Positions 49,385-59,070 of a DNA stretch of 64,000 bases are shown piece after piece. A program made the position numbers and the translations under genes. The first letter of the stretch is position 1; each line of letters starts with the position of its first letter. Under the pieces are notes generated by a model that worked only from the letters and a program-made list of their open reading frames with translations, was not told where the DNA came from and did not search any database. Source of the DNA: Bdellovibrionota bacterium (GTDB taxonomy: Bacteria > Bdellovibrionota_C > UBA2361 > CAKMMH01); contig JBMNLI010000012.1 of the NCBI GenBank assembly GCA_050952645.1, positions 287,588 to 351,587 of the forward strand, written 5' to 3'.

Positions 49385-50191
49385 ATGAATAAGGAAGTTT
49401 TATTTGAACTATATTCTAAAATGTATTATTTAAGAGAATTTGAGAAACTTATTTCAAAAAGTTTTCTTTTAGAAAATATTCAAAAACTCCCTACATCTTA
49501 TTATAAATTAGAAGCTTTAGCAGTATCGCTTATCTCAGTTTCTTCCCCTAGCGACTATCTATTTTCAACAGATAGAGTTCATCCCTATTTTATCTTAAAG
49601 CATAATAAAATAGAGCGTGGCATAAAAGAATATTTTAAAATATTAAAAAATAGTGAAAATATCGCTAACAACACCTTAAGGGCTTTTTCGTTTAACGATC
49701 ACCCTGAAAGAGTATTTAATACGATGCAAGGTATGGCTTTATCGTTTAAGGAAACCAGCTTTATGCCAGCATTTTTAATTACGCTAGATAGTATGCACGC
49801 TACTTTAAAGCAATTTTTAGACTCGGTTATATTTTCTATAACGAACACGCTTCCTGCTGTTTACATCATAGAAAGAACTAAACAAGATGATATAACAGTT
49901 TTAAATAATATTTTAGAAACCAATAGGGATAAGGTTTTAAGAGCTGAAATAAAGACTGATGATATATTCGAGCTAAGAAGCGTTTTTTTAAAAGCGATAA
50001 GAAGCGCAAAAGAATATTTAACGCCAGCGGTGATCTTATGCAATGCTTTTAACTCTAGCGACCCAATAGAGTTTTTAGAAAATAAAATGGTGCTACTAGA
50101 ACTTTCATTAGATGAGTTAAAAGAAACGCTTAATACTGAAATAAATTATTTAATAAATGAAGATTTAAAAGAGTTTTTAAATGTTGCTTAA
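49385..50191 (+). CDS. divergent 2-oxoacid dehydrogenase E1 alpha-like protein lacking the canonical GDG...NN ThDP-binding motif
   Basis: LFELYSKMYYLREFEKL...YKLEALAVSLISVSSPSDYLFSTDRVHPYFILK aligns with the E1alpha block LYRQMLTIRRFE...IGEEAVAVGA...YIVSTYRDHGHALAR. The position of GDGA...ENNGYA reads TLDSMHAT...IIERTKQ. Confidence 0.45.
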   Translation: MNKEVLFELYSKMYYLREFEKLISKSFLLENIQKLPTSYYKLEALAVSLISVSSPSDYLFSTDRVHPYFILKHNKIERGIKEYFKILKNSENIANNTLRAFSFNDHPERVFNTMQGMALSFKETSFMPAFLITLDSMHATLKQFLDSVIFSITNTLPAVYIIERTKQDDITVLNNILETNRDKVLRAEIKTDDIFELRSVFLKAIRSAKEYLTPAVILCNAFNSSDPIEFLENKMVLLELSLDELKETLNTEINYLINEDLKEFLNVA

Positions 50192-51011
50192 AATACAAGA
50201 TTGTTTTTCATGGACATTAAATAGGTTTCAAGATACGTTAGCAAAAGGTTTGTTAATATACGCTGACAGCTCTAATGAGGTAGAATTATTAGTAAGCTCT
50301 TGTAAAAATAATATCGTTTTAAAAGACAATCCTTCTAAAGAGATAATCGATTTTGCAAACGGGGCTGCTATTAGCGGTCGCCCTGTAGCATCGCTAGTCT
50401 GTGCTAACGGCGAATATAATGATATCATATTAAATATACTAGACTTAGCTAAGACGCTTTCGGAGCCGACTTTTAAGCATATAAATGTGTTAATAGATAA
50501 TGATTTCTCTACTTTAGATGTAAATTATATTGGTAATTTATTTAGCACATTAGATTACAAAATCTATCTTCCATCTAACCCTTATGATTTTTGTTCATTA
50601 TTAAAAATAGCACTAGAAGATGCTAATCCTAACTTTTTTTTAATTTCACCAGATATTTTTGAAGTGCAAGGTCCAGTGCCTGATTTTGAAACCGACCCTT
50701 TAACTAAGAGCCAATCTAAAATAAGAAAAGAAGCTAACGATGTTTCAATTATAGCAACGGGCGAAGATATATTTCAAGCTTGCGAATATGCCGATAGTTT
50801 ACCTTTAAACGCAGAGATTATAGAAACTAGAGTTATATCTCCTATCGACTATCAAACGCTTACTAACTCTATTTTAAAAACTAAAAACGCTAAGATAATT
50901 CAAACTAACTCTTATTTAGAAAACTTTAATCAAGATTTATGTAGCAAGCTACAAAATCTTTGTAAGGATGCTTTTATTTGCATTGAAAGAATTGAGTGTA
51001 ATGAAAATTAA
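50181..51011 (+). CDS. divergent 2-oxoacid dehydrogenase E1 beta-like protein
   Basis: YKIYLPSNPYDFCSLLKIALEDANPNFFL aligns with the E1beta block [29 protein letters not shown]. The C-terminal domain also aligns (DVSIIATGEDIF...AEIIETRVISPID). The HS..E catalytic residues are not conserved. Overlaps the upstream gene by 11 nt. Confidence 0.55.
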   Translation: MLLKIQDCFSWTLNRFQDTLAKGLLIYADSSNEVELLVSSCKNNIVLKDNPSKEIIDFANGAAISGRPVASLVCANGEYNDIILNILDLAKTLSEPTFKHINVLIDNDFSTLDVNYIGNLFSTLDYKIYLPSNPYDFCSLLKIALEDANPNFFLISPDIFEVQGPVPDFETDPLTKSQSKIRKEANDVSIIATGEDIFQACEYADSLPLNAEIIETRVISPIDYQTLTNSILKTKNAKIIQTNSYLENFNQDLCSKLQNLCKDAFICIERIECNEN

Positions 51012-51104
51012 ATATAAATTAAATATAAATTAAATGAAAATTAAATAGCGAAAAAATTTATTTCTTTTATTTAGTTCTCTTCTTTATTACTCGCTTTTTA
51101 TCAC

Positions 51105-51350
51105 TTATTCTTTATCACTTTTATTTGTATTACTAGCACTCGTATTTAAATTTTCAGTTTCTATGTCGGCTTTTTCGCATTTAAAATCTATGTTTTTGTT
51201 TTCATTTTCTATTGAATTATTTTTGCATGAATTTCTAAAATTAGTTATAGCCTTTCCTAAGCTTGAACCAAGCTCTGGCAATCTTTTTCCAAAAAGCAAA
51301 ACTGCGACTAATAAAATTACTGCTATTTCCCAAGGACTTAATCCAAACAT
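51105..51350 (-). CDS. tatA: twin-arginine translocase subunit TatA/E
   Basis: MFGLSPWEIAVILLVAVLLFGKRLPELGSSLGKAI is the canonical TatA N-terminus. Confidence 0.8.
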   Translation of the reverse strand: MFGLSPWEIAVILLVAVLLFGKRLPELGSSLGKAITNFRNSCKNNSIENENKNIDFKCEKADIETENLNTSASNTNKSDKE

Positions 51351-51417
51351 TTTAAATTTACCTTTAAAAAATAAAATAAATTAAAAGTTATTATAAAATA
51401 TATAAAAGCTTTTCACA

Positions 51418-52638
51418 TTGATATATAGTATAATATTACGAATGCAAGAAAACAACTATAAACTTACAATTATAAATAACGAAATAAATAACGAAATAAA
51501 TAACGAAATAAATAACGATATAGATAAAGATGTAAATAACGAAAAAGCTAATGAAAACAAGCTTCCATATTTAATTTATGGCACTATATTTTCTCTATTA
51601 GTTCATACTGGCGTCTTATTTATATTATTTTCACCTCCTAGCAAACCTCCTAAGCCTTTAAAGGTATTAAATGTTGATATATCACAAATAAAATTTAATG
51701 ATAATAAAGAGATTAGTCCTAAAAATTTAGCAAACAAAAAAGAACTTAAAGAAGAGCAATCAATCGGCTTAGATAAAATAAAAAATCAAATAGTAGATGA
51801 TAGCGATATAGTTAATAATAAAGTGCCTAAGAAAACAGAGCTATTGTCTAGTAAAAATAATACTGTTAAAAAAGAGCAAATAAAAAGAGGAGATGGTTTA
51901 GTAAATAACTTAAATAATAATTCTATTACAAATAGCGACTTAAAAAAATCTTATCTAAATAAAAATAATAAAAAAGTAAGGCCTCGCAATGCGAAAAAAC
52001 TCTTATCATTAAAGCTAGATGAAAGCACACTTTTAAGAGATTTTGCAAGCGATGAAACTAAAGATTCTGTTAGTGATAATAATTTTAATAATAATTTTAA
52101 TAATAATGTTAATAATAACGATTCTTTTAATAATCTTGTAAATTACGAGCCATTTTCTAGACCTTATGGAAGCGATGCTAAATTTACTCGGAGTGCTGGC
52201 TCATCTATGTATTTACCTAATATTCAAGATGGCGATATGACGCTTCTTAATACTAAAGCCGAGTATTTTGCGGTGTTTGTAAGACGAGTAGCTACTAGGG
52301 TATTTAGCAAGCTTAGGCAAAGTGGCTGGGAAAGTTTAAGTCGGCACGATATAAACATCATAAATTCTTATGCTAAAATCGAAGCTAAAATGTCTAAAAG
52401 TGGTGATATAATAAGTTTAGACTTAATATCATCTTCGGGAAGTGTAAACTTTGATAATGTTTTAAAAAATGCTATCAAAACATCTGCAAAAGATAGCAAT
52501 CCCCCTAAAAATGCCGTGCTTCAAGATGGATTTATTTACTTTATATTTCAAGCTAAAAGTTGGTCTAGAAACGGAGTAAGCCAAAATGGCACTATAGGAG
52601 AACAAAGATGGCTACTACTTAGCACTGGGTTAAAATAA
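51418..52638 (+). CDS. hypothetical membrane-anchored protein with an (NNEI)3 repeat and Pro-rich segment (TonB/TolA-like architecture, tentative)
   Basis: 15-nt repeats at 51473-51522. Single TM segment followed by PPSKPPKPLK. No clear C-terminal homology. Confidence 0.4.
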   Translation: MIYSIILRMQENNYKLTIINNEINNEINNEINNDIDKDVNNEKANENKLPYLIYGTIFSLLVHTGVLFILFSPPSKPPKPLKVLNVDISQIKFNDNKEISPKNLANKKELKEEQSIGLDKIKNQIVDDSDIVNNKVPKKTELLSSKNNTVKKEQIKRGDGLVNNLNNNSITNSDLKKSYLNKNNKKVRPRNAKKLLSLKLDESTLLRDFASDETKDSVSDNNFNNNFNNNVNNNDSFNNLVNYEPFSRPYGSDAKFTRSAGSSMYLPNIQDGDMTLLNTKAEYFAVFVRRVATRVFSKLRQSGWESLSRHDINIINSYAKIEAKMSKSGDIISLDLISSSGSVNFDNVLKNAIKTSAKDSNPPKNAVLQDGFIYFIFQAKSWSRNGVSQNGTIGEQRWLLLSTGLK

Positions 52639-52799
52639 AGAGCATTTTAGATAAATCTATAAACTTAAAATTAAATTTTATACGTATAACAAAGAAAAAA
52701 AACAAGGAAAAAAAGTTTTTTGATAGATTGATAAATTTGATAGATTGATAAAAAAGCGATGCTTGGCAAAAGTAGCGCTTTTTTAATTTTTGTTTAAAG

Positions 52800-53234
52800 T
52801 TAAAAACCTATATGAAAATTTCCGATACTAACGCTTCCACTTCCACTGCCGTTGACGTGGACGCCTACATTAACTCCGTTTCTAAGACGAACATTTCCAC
52901 CTCCACCATAACCGTTAAAATACAAGTTTCCGTTAGGCCCATAATAGCTCATACTAGAAGAGCCAAAGCTCATACTAGATGACCCATAAGATCTATAGGG
53001 TCTAGGATAAGAGCCATAGCCACTATAAGAGGGAGGGTAGTAGTAACCCCCTGTAGCACTATCGTATATTGGGGGTGGCGGTGGTGCGTACCAACTATTT
53101 GGTGCTTCTACTCTTTGGTGGGGTGGCGGTGGCTGCTGCAAAGCTCTACGCCCTCTAAAACCTTGCGCTTCTGCTTGCGAACAAAAGAAAGCAAGCAAAA
53201 ATGAAGCTAAAATGATAAGATTGAATCTTTTCAT
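52800..53234 (-). CDS. secreted Gly/Tyr/Pro/Ser-rich low-complexity protein
   Basis: Signal peptide. PPPPHQ, YYYPPSYSGYGSYPRPYRSYGSSS, GYGGGGN. Locally elevated GC. Confidence 0.5.
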   Translation of the reverse strand: MKRFNLIILASFLLAFFCSQAEAQGFRGRRALQQPPPPHQRVEAPNSWYAPPPPPIYDSATGGYYYPPSYSGYGSYPRPYRSYGSSSMSFGSSSMSYYGPNGNLYFNGYGGGGNVRLRNGVNVGVHVNGSGSGSVSIGNFHIGF

Positions 53235-53333
53235 TTTTTTACTCCTTTCTAGCTACTTTTTGCCAAGCAACTAACTAATTAGTTTAATAAATTTTATGTA
53301 ATTATTCAAATGTAATTTGTAATATTTAATGCT

Positions 53334-53410
53334 TCTTTACGTTTCAAGGTGATTATAATAATCGCTTTTTTTGTTAGCTTAAAATCTCTTTTAAACGTTA
53401 AAACCTCAAG
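53334..53410. repeat. MITE-like element, copy 5 (degenerate; left TIR ttctttacgtttcaaggtg recognisable)
   Basis: Left end matches the TIR family. Right end only partially matches (aaacgttaaaacc). Confidence 0.4.
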
Positions 53411-53454
53411 TTTTTTTTGGTAAAATATATCTGTATTTATCGATATATTATTAT

Positions 53455-53793
53455 ATGAAAGCTAAATACGTATTTTGTTTGCAAATATTAATTTTTATTT
53501 TAGTTTATTCAATATTATTTAAAATGAATAACGACACTCCCTTTTCTTATAATTTAAAAGCGCCATCTTTAGAAAGTTATCAAAGTTTAAATGTGCCTTG
53601 TTTATCGTATAATCCAAGCCTTTGGGAAATCGAACAAATAAGCGGAGTATCGTTAAAACAAGCAAAAGAAATTAAAAAAATTCTTGATACTAACAAATCA
53701 TTAACTAAAAAAGAATTTATAGACAAGCTAATAAAAATAAAAGGAATAGGCAAGAAAAAATCTAATAAAATCGCTAAGATCTTCTATTATTAA
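53455..53793 (+). CDS. ComEA-like helix-hairpin-helix DNA-binding protein
   Basis: WEIEQISGVSLKQAKEIKKIL...FIDKLIKIKGIGKKKSNKIAK shows a tandem HhH pattern with an N-terminal membrane anchor. Confidence 0.5.
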   Translation: MKAKYVFCLQILIFILVYSILFKMNNDTPFSYNLKAPSLESYQSLNVPCLSYNPSLWEIEQISGVSLKQAKEIKKILDTNKSLTKKEFIDKLIKIKGIGKKKSNKIAKIFYY

Positions 53794-53895
53794 ACTTTTA
53801 AGCTTCAAAATATTAAAGAATCCTAAAATCATTCGATAGACTTATTACAGGATAAGAAAATGTTTTATATAGGGTGCAAGGAGGCTTAAAGTAAA

Positions 53896-54597
53896 ATGAA
53901 AGAAATCTTTTCAGCATTATTTGAAAAATACTACGAAGCCATTTGTAGTTTTTTACAAACTTTTTCAGCTAATACTTGGGTTCTATTTGGACTTATATTT
54001 ATAGGGCTAATCGTCAAGTTGCCACTACTATTAATTATTCCCTTATCTTACATAAGTTATCTTTCAATAGAAAATGAAGCGACTAGAAATTTTATCTTAG
54101 AGCGAACTAGCATTGCCCCAGAGTTTGTAATGCTAGGCATTTGGGTAGTTTGCATAAGTTTTAAATTTTTTGCTTTTTCTAAAAATAACGAAAATGGCTT
54201 TTCAGCAACTATAAAAAATGTTCTTAGCTTTTCTTTAGTTTTCGTATTAGCTATAAGCATAGGGACGCCTGCATTTAAAGCATCAATATTTCAAGAGTTT
54301 CAATATGTAATTATTTTTGGAATTCTCTTATATGCATTATTTAATATATTTAAGCATTCTATAAAACTTCTAAAAAGTGGCTTTCTAACTTTTGCTTGGG
54401 TTTTTATTATTACCATTTTAGGCATTCAATATAATCAAGAGTATTTTAAAGATATCTTTAAGGAAAAAGATGTAAAAACTTTTTCAGAATTAAAATATGA
54501 ATTAAACGATTCTCTTAGTAAAAAAATAAATAAAAAAATAAATTTAAATAATACTGCAAATGTAAAAAGTTTTATTATAAATAAAATGCAAAATTAA
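53896..54597 (+). CDS. hypothetical polytopic membrane protein
   Basis: Six or more hydrophobic helices. No domain recognised. Confidence 0.4.
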   Translation: MKEIFSALFEKYYEAICSFLQTFSANTWVLFGLIFIGLIVKLPLLLIIPLSYISYLSIENEATRNFILERTSIAPEFVMLGIWVVCISFKFFAFSKNNENGFSATIKNVLSFSLVFVLAISIGTPAFKASIFQEFQYVIIFGILLYALFNIFKHSIKLLKSGFLTFAWVFIITILGIQYNQEYFKDIFKEKDVKTFSELKYELNDSLSKKINKKINLNNTANVKSFIINKMQN

Positions 54598-54624
54598 AAT
54601 TTAGGTGCTATAATACCTAGTATT

Positions 54625-55509
54625 ATGACAGGAACTTTATATATTATAGCAACTCCCATTGGTAATTTAGGCGATATTTCTTATAGAGCAATTGAAACAT
54701 TAAAGCTAGTCGATATTATCGCTGCCGAAGATACTAGAAAATCTTTAATATTATTAAATAAATATAATATTAAAAAACCCGTTTTTTCAAACCACAAATT
54801 TAATGAAGCTAGTAAATTAAAATTTTTTATAGACAAGCTACTTTTAGGCGAAAATATAGGTTTAATATCCGATGCAGGGATGCCTTGCATTTCAGACCCT
54901 GGGTATATTTTAGTAAAAGAGGCGATAGAAAATAATATCGCTACTACTTGCGTGCCAGGTGCTAGTGCTAGCATTACTAGCGTTTCACTTTCAGGATTTG
55001 ATACATCATCTTTTTCTTTTCTAGGATTTCTTCCAAGAGACAAAAAAGGACTTTTAAATATATTTAATAAAATTTCATTAGACACTTTAAATAATGTTTT
55101 TATTTTTTACGAATCACCTAAAAGAATTATAAAAACTATTGAGTTTTTAAATAATGAATTTCCAAATTTTTCTCTTTGTCTTTGCAACGATCTAACAAAA
55201 AAGTTTGAAAAAATTTATAGAGGCTCACCTAGTAAGATTTTAAATGAACTTAAAGAAAATGAGGCTTTTGATAAAGGCGAATACGTTTTAGTTGTAAACA
55301 CGAATATAGTTAAAAATAAAAATAATAACATTATAAAAGACGCCCCTTTAACAAATACCTTATCGATAGAAGCTCTCTTAGTAGATTATCTTATAAAAAA
55401 TAAAAACGAAACTTTAAAAACTGCTATAAAAGAAGTGAACTCAAAATATAAAAATTTATCTAAAAATGAAATTTATAAAGCTTCCTTAAATTTAAAGAAT
55501 ATCCTTTAA
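54625..55509 (+). CDS. rsmI: 16S rRNA (cytidine1402-2'-O)-methyltransferase RsmI
   Basis: LYIIATPIGNLGDISYRAIETLKLVDIIAAEDTR is the tetrapyrrole-methylase-fold RsmI signature. Confidence 0.8.
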   Translation: MTGTLYIIATPIGNLGDISYRAIETLKLVDIIAAEDTRKSLILLNKYNIKKPVFSNHKFNEASKLKFFIDKLLLGENIGLISDAGMPCISDPGYILVKEAIENNIATTCVPGASASITSVSLSGFDTSSFSFLGFLPRDKKGLLNIFNKISLDTLNNVFIFYESPKRIIKTIEFLNNEFPNFSLCLCNDLTKKFEKIYRGSPSKILNELKENEAFDKGEYVLVVNTNIVKNKNNNIIKDAPLTNTLSIEALLVDYLIKNKNETLKTAIKEVNSKYKNLSKNEIYKASLNLKNIL

Positions 55510-58025
55510 ATTACGTTCTCATCTTCATCATCATATTCAGCGGCAAAAACCTCTCTTGGTTTTGCGCCGTCCATAGGACCGACTATCCCATTTCTTTCCA
55601 TCATATCTATTATTCTAGCTGCTCTATTATATCCAATTCTAAACACTCGTTGTATCATTGAAGTAGAAGCTTGACCTTTTTGAATTACATACTCTACAGC
55701 CTTATCATACAATTCATCCTTATCTTCATCTTCTTCTATCTCTTCCCCATCCCCTCCTTCCGAAAGTCGTTCACACATTTTTATTATCTGTTCATCGTAG
55801 TTAGGTTTAGCCTGTTTTTTAATGCTATTTATTACCTTTATAACCTCTGCATCTGAAACGAATGCACCGTGAGCCCTTATATTTGTGCCGCCAGGTTGCA
55901 TATAAAGCATATCTCCTTTTCCTAATAACTTTTCTGCACCGATAGTGTCAAGAATAGTTTTAGAATCGAAAATACTAGATACTCTAAATGAAATTCTTGC
56001 TGGAAAATTTGCTTTAATTAACCCAGTGATAACATCGACCGAGGGCCTTTGCGTAGCTAAAATCAAATGAATGCCAGCAGCACGTGCTTTTTGTGCTAGG
56101 CGTGTTATAGAGTCTTCTATTTCTTTTCCTACTGAAAACATTAAATCTGCAAGCTCATCTACCACTATAACTATTTTAGCTAGTGGCTTTATTTTTTCTC
56201 CCCTTGCATGATACTCATCTTCTTCTAATATATCGCTTTCAACGATTCCTTCTTCGATAACGTGTTCTTCCCTTAATTCTATATAATCTTTACTTTTAAA
56301 TTCTCTTATTGGATTTTCAAGTCTAGTCTCTCCTCTAGCTATAGCATTATAGCCATCGATATTTCTAACTCCATATTTATGCATTAACTTATAGCGTCTT
56401 TCCATTTCATCTATGGCCCAAAGAAAAACGGCTTGTGCTTGTTTAGCAGTAGTTACTACTGGAACTTTTAAGTGTGGAATGCCCTCATAGACGCTTAGCT
56501 CTAAAATCTTAGGATCGACTAAAATAAGTCCAAGCTCTGCTGGATTTGCCCTATATAGTAAGCTTATAAGTAGCGTATTGATAAAAACAGATTTTCCTGT
56601 TCCCGTAGCCCCAGCTATTAATAGATGTGGCATCGAGGCTATATCTGCAACCATCGCTCCGCCATATATATCTTTTCCAATAGGGACGGTTAAAATCGAT
56701 TTTGCGTTTACAAATTCTTCACTTTCTAAAATATCTCTTAACCTAACTAGATCTCTATTTTTATTTGGAACCTCTATTCCTACGGTTCCCTTTTTAGGAA
56801 TAGGAGCTATAATTCTTATAGAGCTAGCCTTTAACCCCATTGCTAAATCGCCGTGAAGTGAGGCTATTTTTCCTACCCTCACTCCAGGGGCAGGTTCAAA
56901 CTCGAAAAGTGTAATCACGGGACCTAAATGAACCTCTTTTACATGGCCTTGAATTCCAAAATCTCTTAATTTTCTTTCTATTATTCTAGATTTTTCTACT
57001 AGCTCATCATCGTCTTCCTCATGTAGTCCTTCGATAGTCGTTTTCTTTAGTAATGATAAACTAGGTGGCACGTAATTTATAAATTTTTCATCATCACACC
57101 AAGCCATAGAAACTTTTTGAGCACTTCTTATAGCCTTATCCACCTCTTTTATAGACTTTTCATTATCTCTAGCATTTCCTCTCTTTACTAATATTTCAAA
57201 ATCTTGAGATGCATCTTCCTCTTCTTCGTATTCTTCGTCATCATCATATTCTTTAGTAATTTTATTTCTTCTTCTTTTTGGTTTTGGTAGTTCTATTTCT
57301 TCTTCTAGTTCTTCTTTAGGATATAGAAATTTTACGTAATCTTTAATTGGATAAAATATTTTTTGAAAGACACTTAAAATAAATGCGTAAGCATAATATG
57401 GAAAGACTAAAAATAAATATTTAAATGATGTTTTTAAAAAATTAAAAGAAATTTTTACAAGCTCTGCAAAAGTATAATTAAGTGAAAATCCAGCTAGGAT
57501 AATACTAAAACAAAAAGTTAAAATTATAGAGCCAATTTCACCTATATATTTTGTAAGGAATCCACTTACGTTTTCTCCTATATCGCCTCCTGAGGTAGCG
57601 CCAAAGGTTAGCGATGTAAATGCTGCTAAGCAAACTATACTTAAAACTAAAGATATAAATCTTATTTCAAACTTATATTTAGGGGTTTCATCCTTCTTCT
57701 TGTTTTTTTTTGTCAATGTGTTTGCATTAAAATAGATAGCGACAACGAAGCATAAAACTATTGATAGAGATGACCAGCCTAGGCTTCCTCTTAGAAGAGT
57801 GCCTATAAATTGCCCTAAAGGCCCCATTAAATTTTTAGTTTTTTCATCAATTTCAAGTGGTTGCCAAGATACTATACTACAAACTAAAAAAATCGTTATT
57901 ATAGTCAAAATAAATATTAAAAACTCAATGCTAAAATTTTTTGTAGGAGCTTTTTCCTTATTTTTTATAGATGTTTTAACCCCTTGGCTTTTTTCTCTAC
58001 TTGTCGACCTTCTTTTTTTTGCCAT
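55506..58025 (-). CDS. ftsK: DNA translocase FtsK
   Basis: N-terminal TM helices. Motor domain with Walker A (GATGTGKS). C-terminal gamma winged-helix domain (TSMIQRVFRIGYNRAARIID). Confidence 0.9.
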   Translation of the reverse strand: MAKKRRSTSREKSQGVKTSIKNKEKAPTKNFSIEFLIFILTIITIFLVCSIVSWQPLEIDEKTKNLMGPLGQFIGTLLRGSLGWSSLSIVLCFVVAIYFNANTLTKKNKKKDETPKYKFEIRFISLVLSIVCLAAFTSLTFGATSGGDIGENVSGFLTKYIGEIGSIILTFCFSIILAGFSLNYTFAELVKISFNFLKTSFKYLFLVFPYYAYAFILSVFQKIFYPIKDYVKFLYPKEELEEEIELPKPKRRRNKITKEYDDDEEYEEEEDASQDFEILVKRGNARDNEKSIKEVDKAIRSAQKVSMAWCDDEKFINYVPPSLSLLKKTTIEGLHEEDDDELVEKSRIIERKLRDFGIQGHVKEVHLGPVITLFEFEPAPGVRVGKIASLHGDLAMGLKASSIRIIAPIPKKGTVGIEVPNKNRDLVRLRDILESEEFVNAKSILTVPIGKDIYGGAMVADIASMPHLLIAGATGTGKSVFINTLLISLLYRANPAELGLILVDPKILELSVYEGIPHLKVPVVTTAKQAQAVFLWAIDEMERRYKLMHKYGVRNIDGYNAIARGETRLENPIREFKSKDYIELREEHVIEEGIVESDILEEDEYHARGEKIKPLAKIVIVVDELADLMFSVGKEIEDSITRLAQKARAAGIHLILATQRPSVDVITGLIKANFPARISFRVSSIFDSKTILDTIGAEKLLGKGDMLYMQPGGTNIRAHGAFVSDAEVIKVINSIKKQAKPNYDEQIIKMCERLSEGGDGEEIEEDEDKDELYDKAVEYVIQKGQASTSMIQRVFRIGYNRAARIIDMMERNGIVGPMDGAKPREVFAAEYDDEDENVI

Positions 58026-58217
58026 ATATTGCTATTTCCCAACAAACTAAAAAGACTTTAATTTTTATAACTAAGATCTTTAGTTGTTATAATAAATCAA
58101 GTATAAAAACATTAAAAGACCTTAAAATTAATTTATAAAATAATAAAAAAAAACTTACTTTACCTATTGATTTATATGTTAATTATAGGTTAGATATTTA
58201 TATGTGAAAAATGCTTT

Positions 58218-58305
58218 GGAGTTCTTTCACAACTGATTGTATAAATAAATTATATATAAAATTTTAAATATGAACTAAATATGAAATTTGTTGTGAAAGA
58301 ACTCC
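58218..58305. promoter_or_regulatory. 16-bp perfect inverted repeat (ggagttctttcacaac / gttgtgaaagaactcc) bracketing an AT-rich, -10-like 56-bp spacer upstream of the acidic-protein gene
   Basis: Arms at 58218-58233 and 58290-58305. The spacer contains tataaat/tatatat. The RBS AAGGAG lies at ~58352. Confidence 0.5.
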
Positions 58306-58372
58306 GATATAGTTTGAAGTTTAAAACTATATTATTGATTATTATATTTTTAATTTTAAGGAGAATTGTAAA

Positions 58373-58882
58373 ATGGCATCAAGTGCAAATGATAAATTAG
58401 TTTCAGCGTTATCACAATTAGCGGAAGCATACGCAGAACTGCAAGAAGAGTTAGAAGAAAGACTAACTACTAAGGACAATGAGGAAGAAGAAGATTTCGA
58501 TAGTCAAGAAATAGATGATGAAGATGCATTAGCCGAGGAAGTTGATGCAGCGATGATTGCTGAGTTAAAATTAGCTATCGATAGCGTTATAGACACTGAC
58601 GATGTAGCAACAGAGGAATTTGCGGTGATTTTTTCAGCTCTAGTTGATGCATTAGAAGAAATAGATCCTGATTGTTTTTCAGACATGGAGCTCATCAACG
58701 AATATGAAAGAAGCGGTGGTGCTTCTATCGAGTTAAACGATTATGACGATAGTGATGATGAGGACTACGACGAAGATGATGATGATGATTATGACGCTTG
58801 GGGCGATGATGATGACGATGATGACTACGATGAAGACTATGATGATTGGGATGATGATGACGACGACGATGATGAAAGATAA
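58373..58882 (+). CDS. extremely acidic protein (169 aa; C-terminal Asp/Glu/Tyr/Trp-rich tail), unknown function
   Basis: Strong SD (taaggag). N-terminal helical region. Tail DYDEDDDDDYDAWGDDDDDDDYDEDYDDWDDDDDDDDER. GC-richer than its surroundings. Confidence 0.55.
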   Translation: MASSANDKLVSALSQLAEAYAELQEELEERLTTKDNEEEEDFDSQEIDDEDALAEEVDAAMIAELKLAIDSVIDTDDVATEEFAVIFSALVDALEEIDPDCFSDMELINEYERSGGASIELNDYDDSDDEDYDEDDDDDYDAWGDDDDDDDYDEDYDDWDDDDDDDDER

Positions 58883-59070
58883 AAAATAAAAAATATTTTT
58901 TAGTGCTTTTTATCAAAGACAATCATTAAATAATCGTTAAATTATAATCATTAAAAGTAGAGTTCTTTTTAAGATTTTAAAATTAAAAAGAACTCTTTTT
59001 TTTTTCTTAAACTTTTTTCTTAAAGTTTTTTCTTTAAATCAATCTTTCTTATATATTTTTTTATATTTCT

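Noticed and set aside
52722-52753. Direct repeat tgatagattgataaa x2 between convergent genes
   Set aside because: Only two short AT-rich copies between two stop codons. Could be chance in ~27% GC DNA. No symmetric partner or nearby promoter.
58504-58922. Two minus-strand ORFs (Ser/Ala-rich and His/Arg-rich) opposite the acidic-protein gene
   Set aside because: They are reverse-frame readings of the GAT/GAC/GAA repeat tract. The plus-strand ORF has a strong SD and a coherent N-terminal domain.
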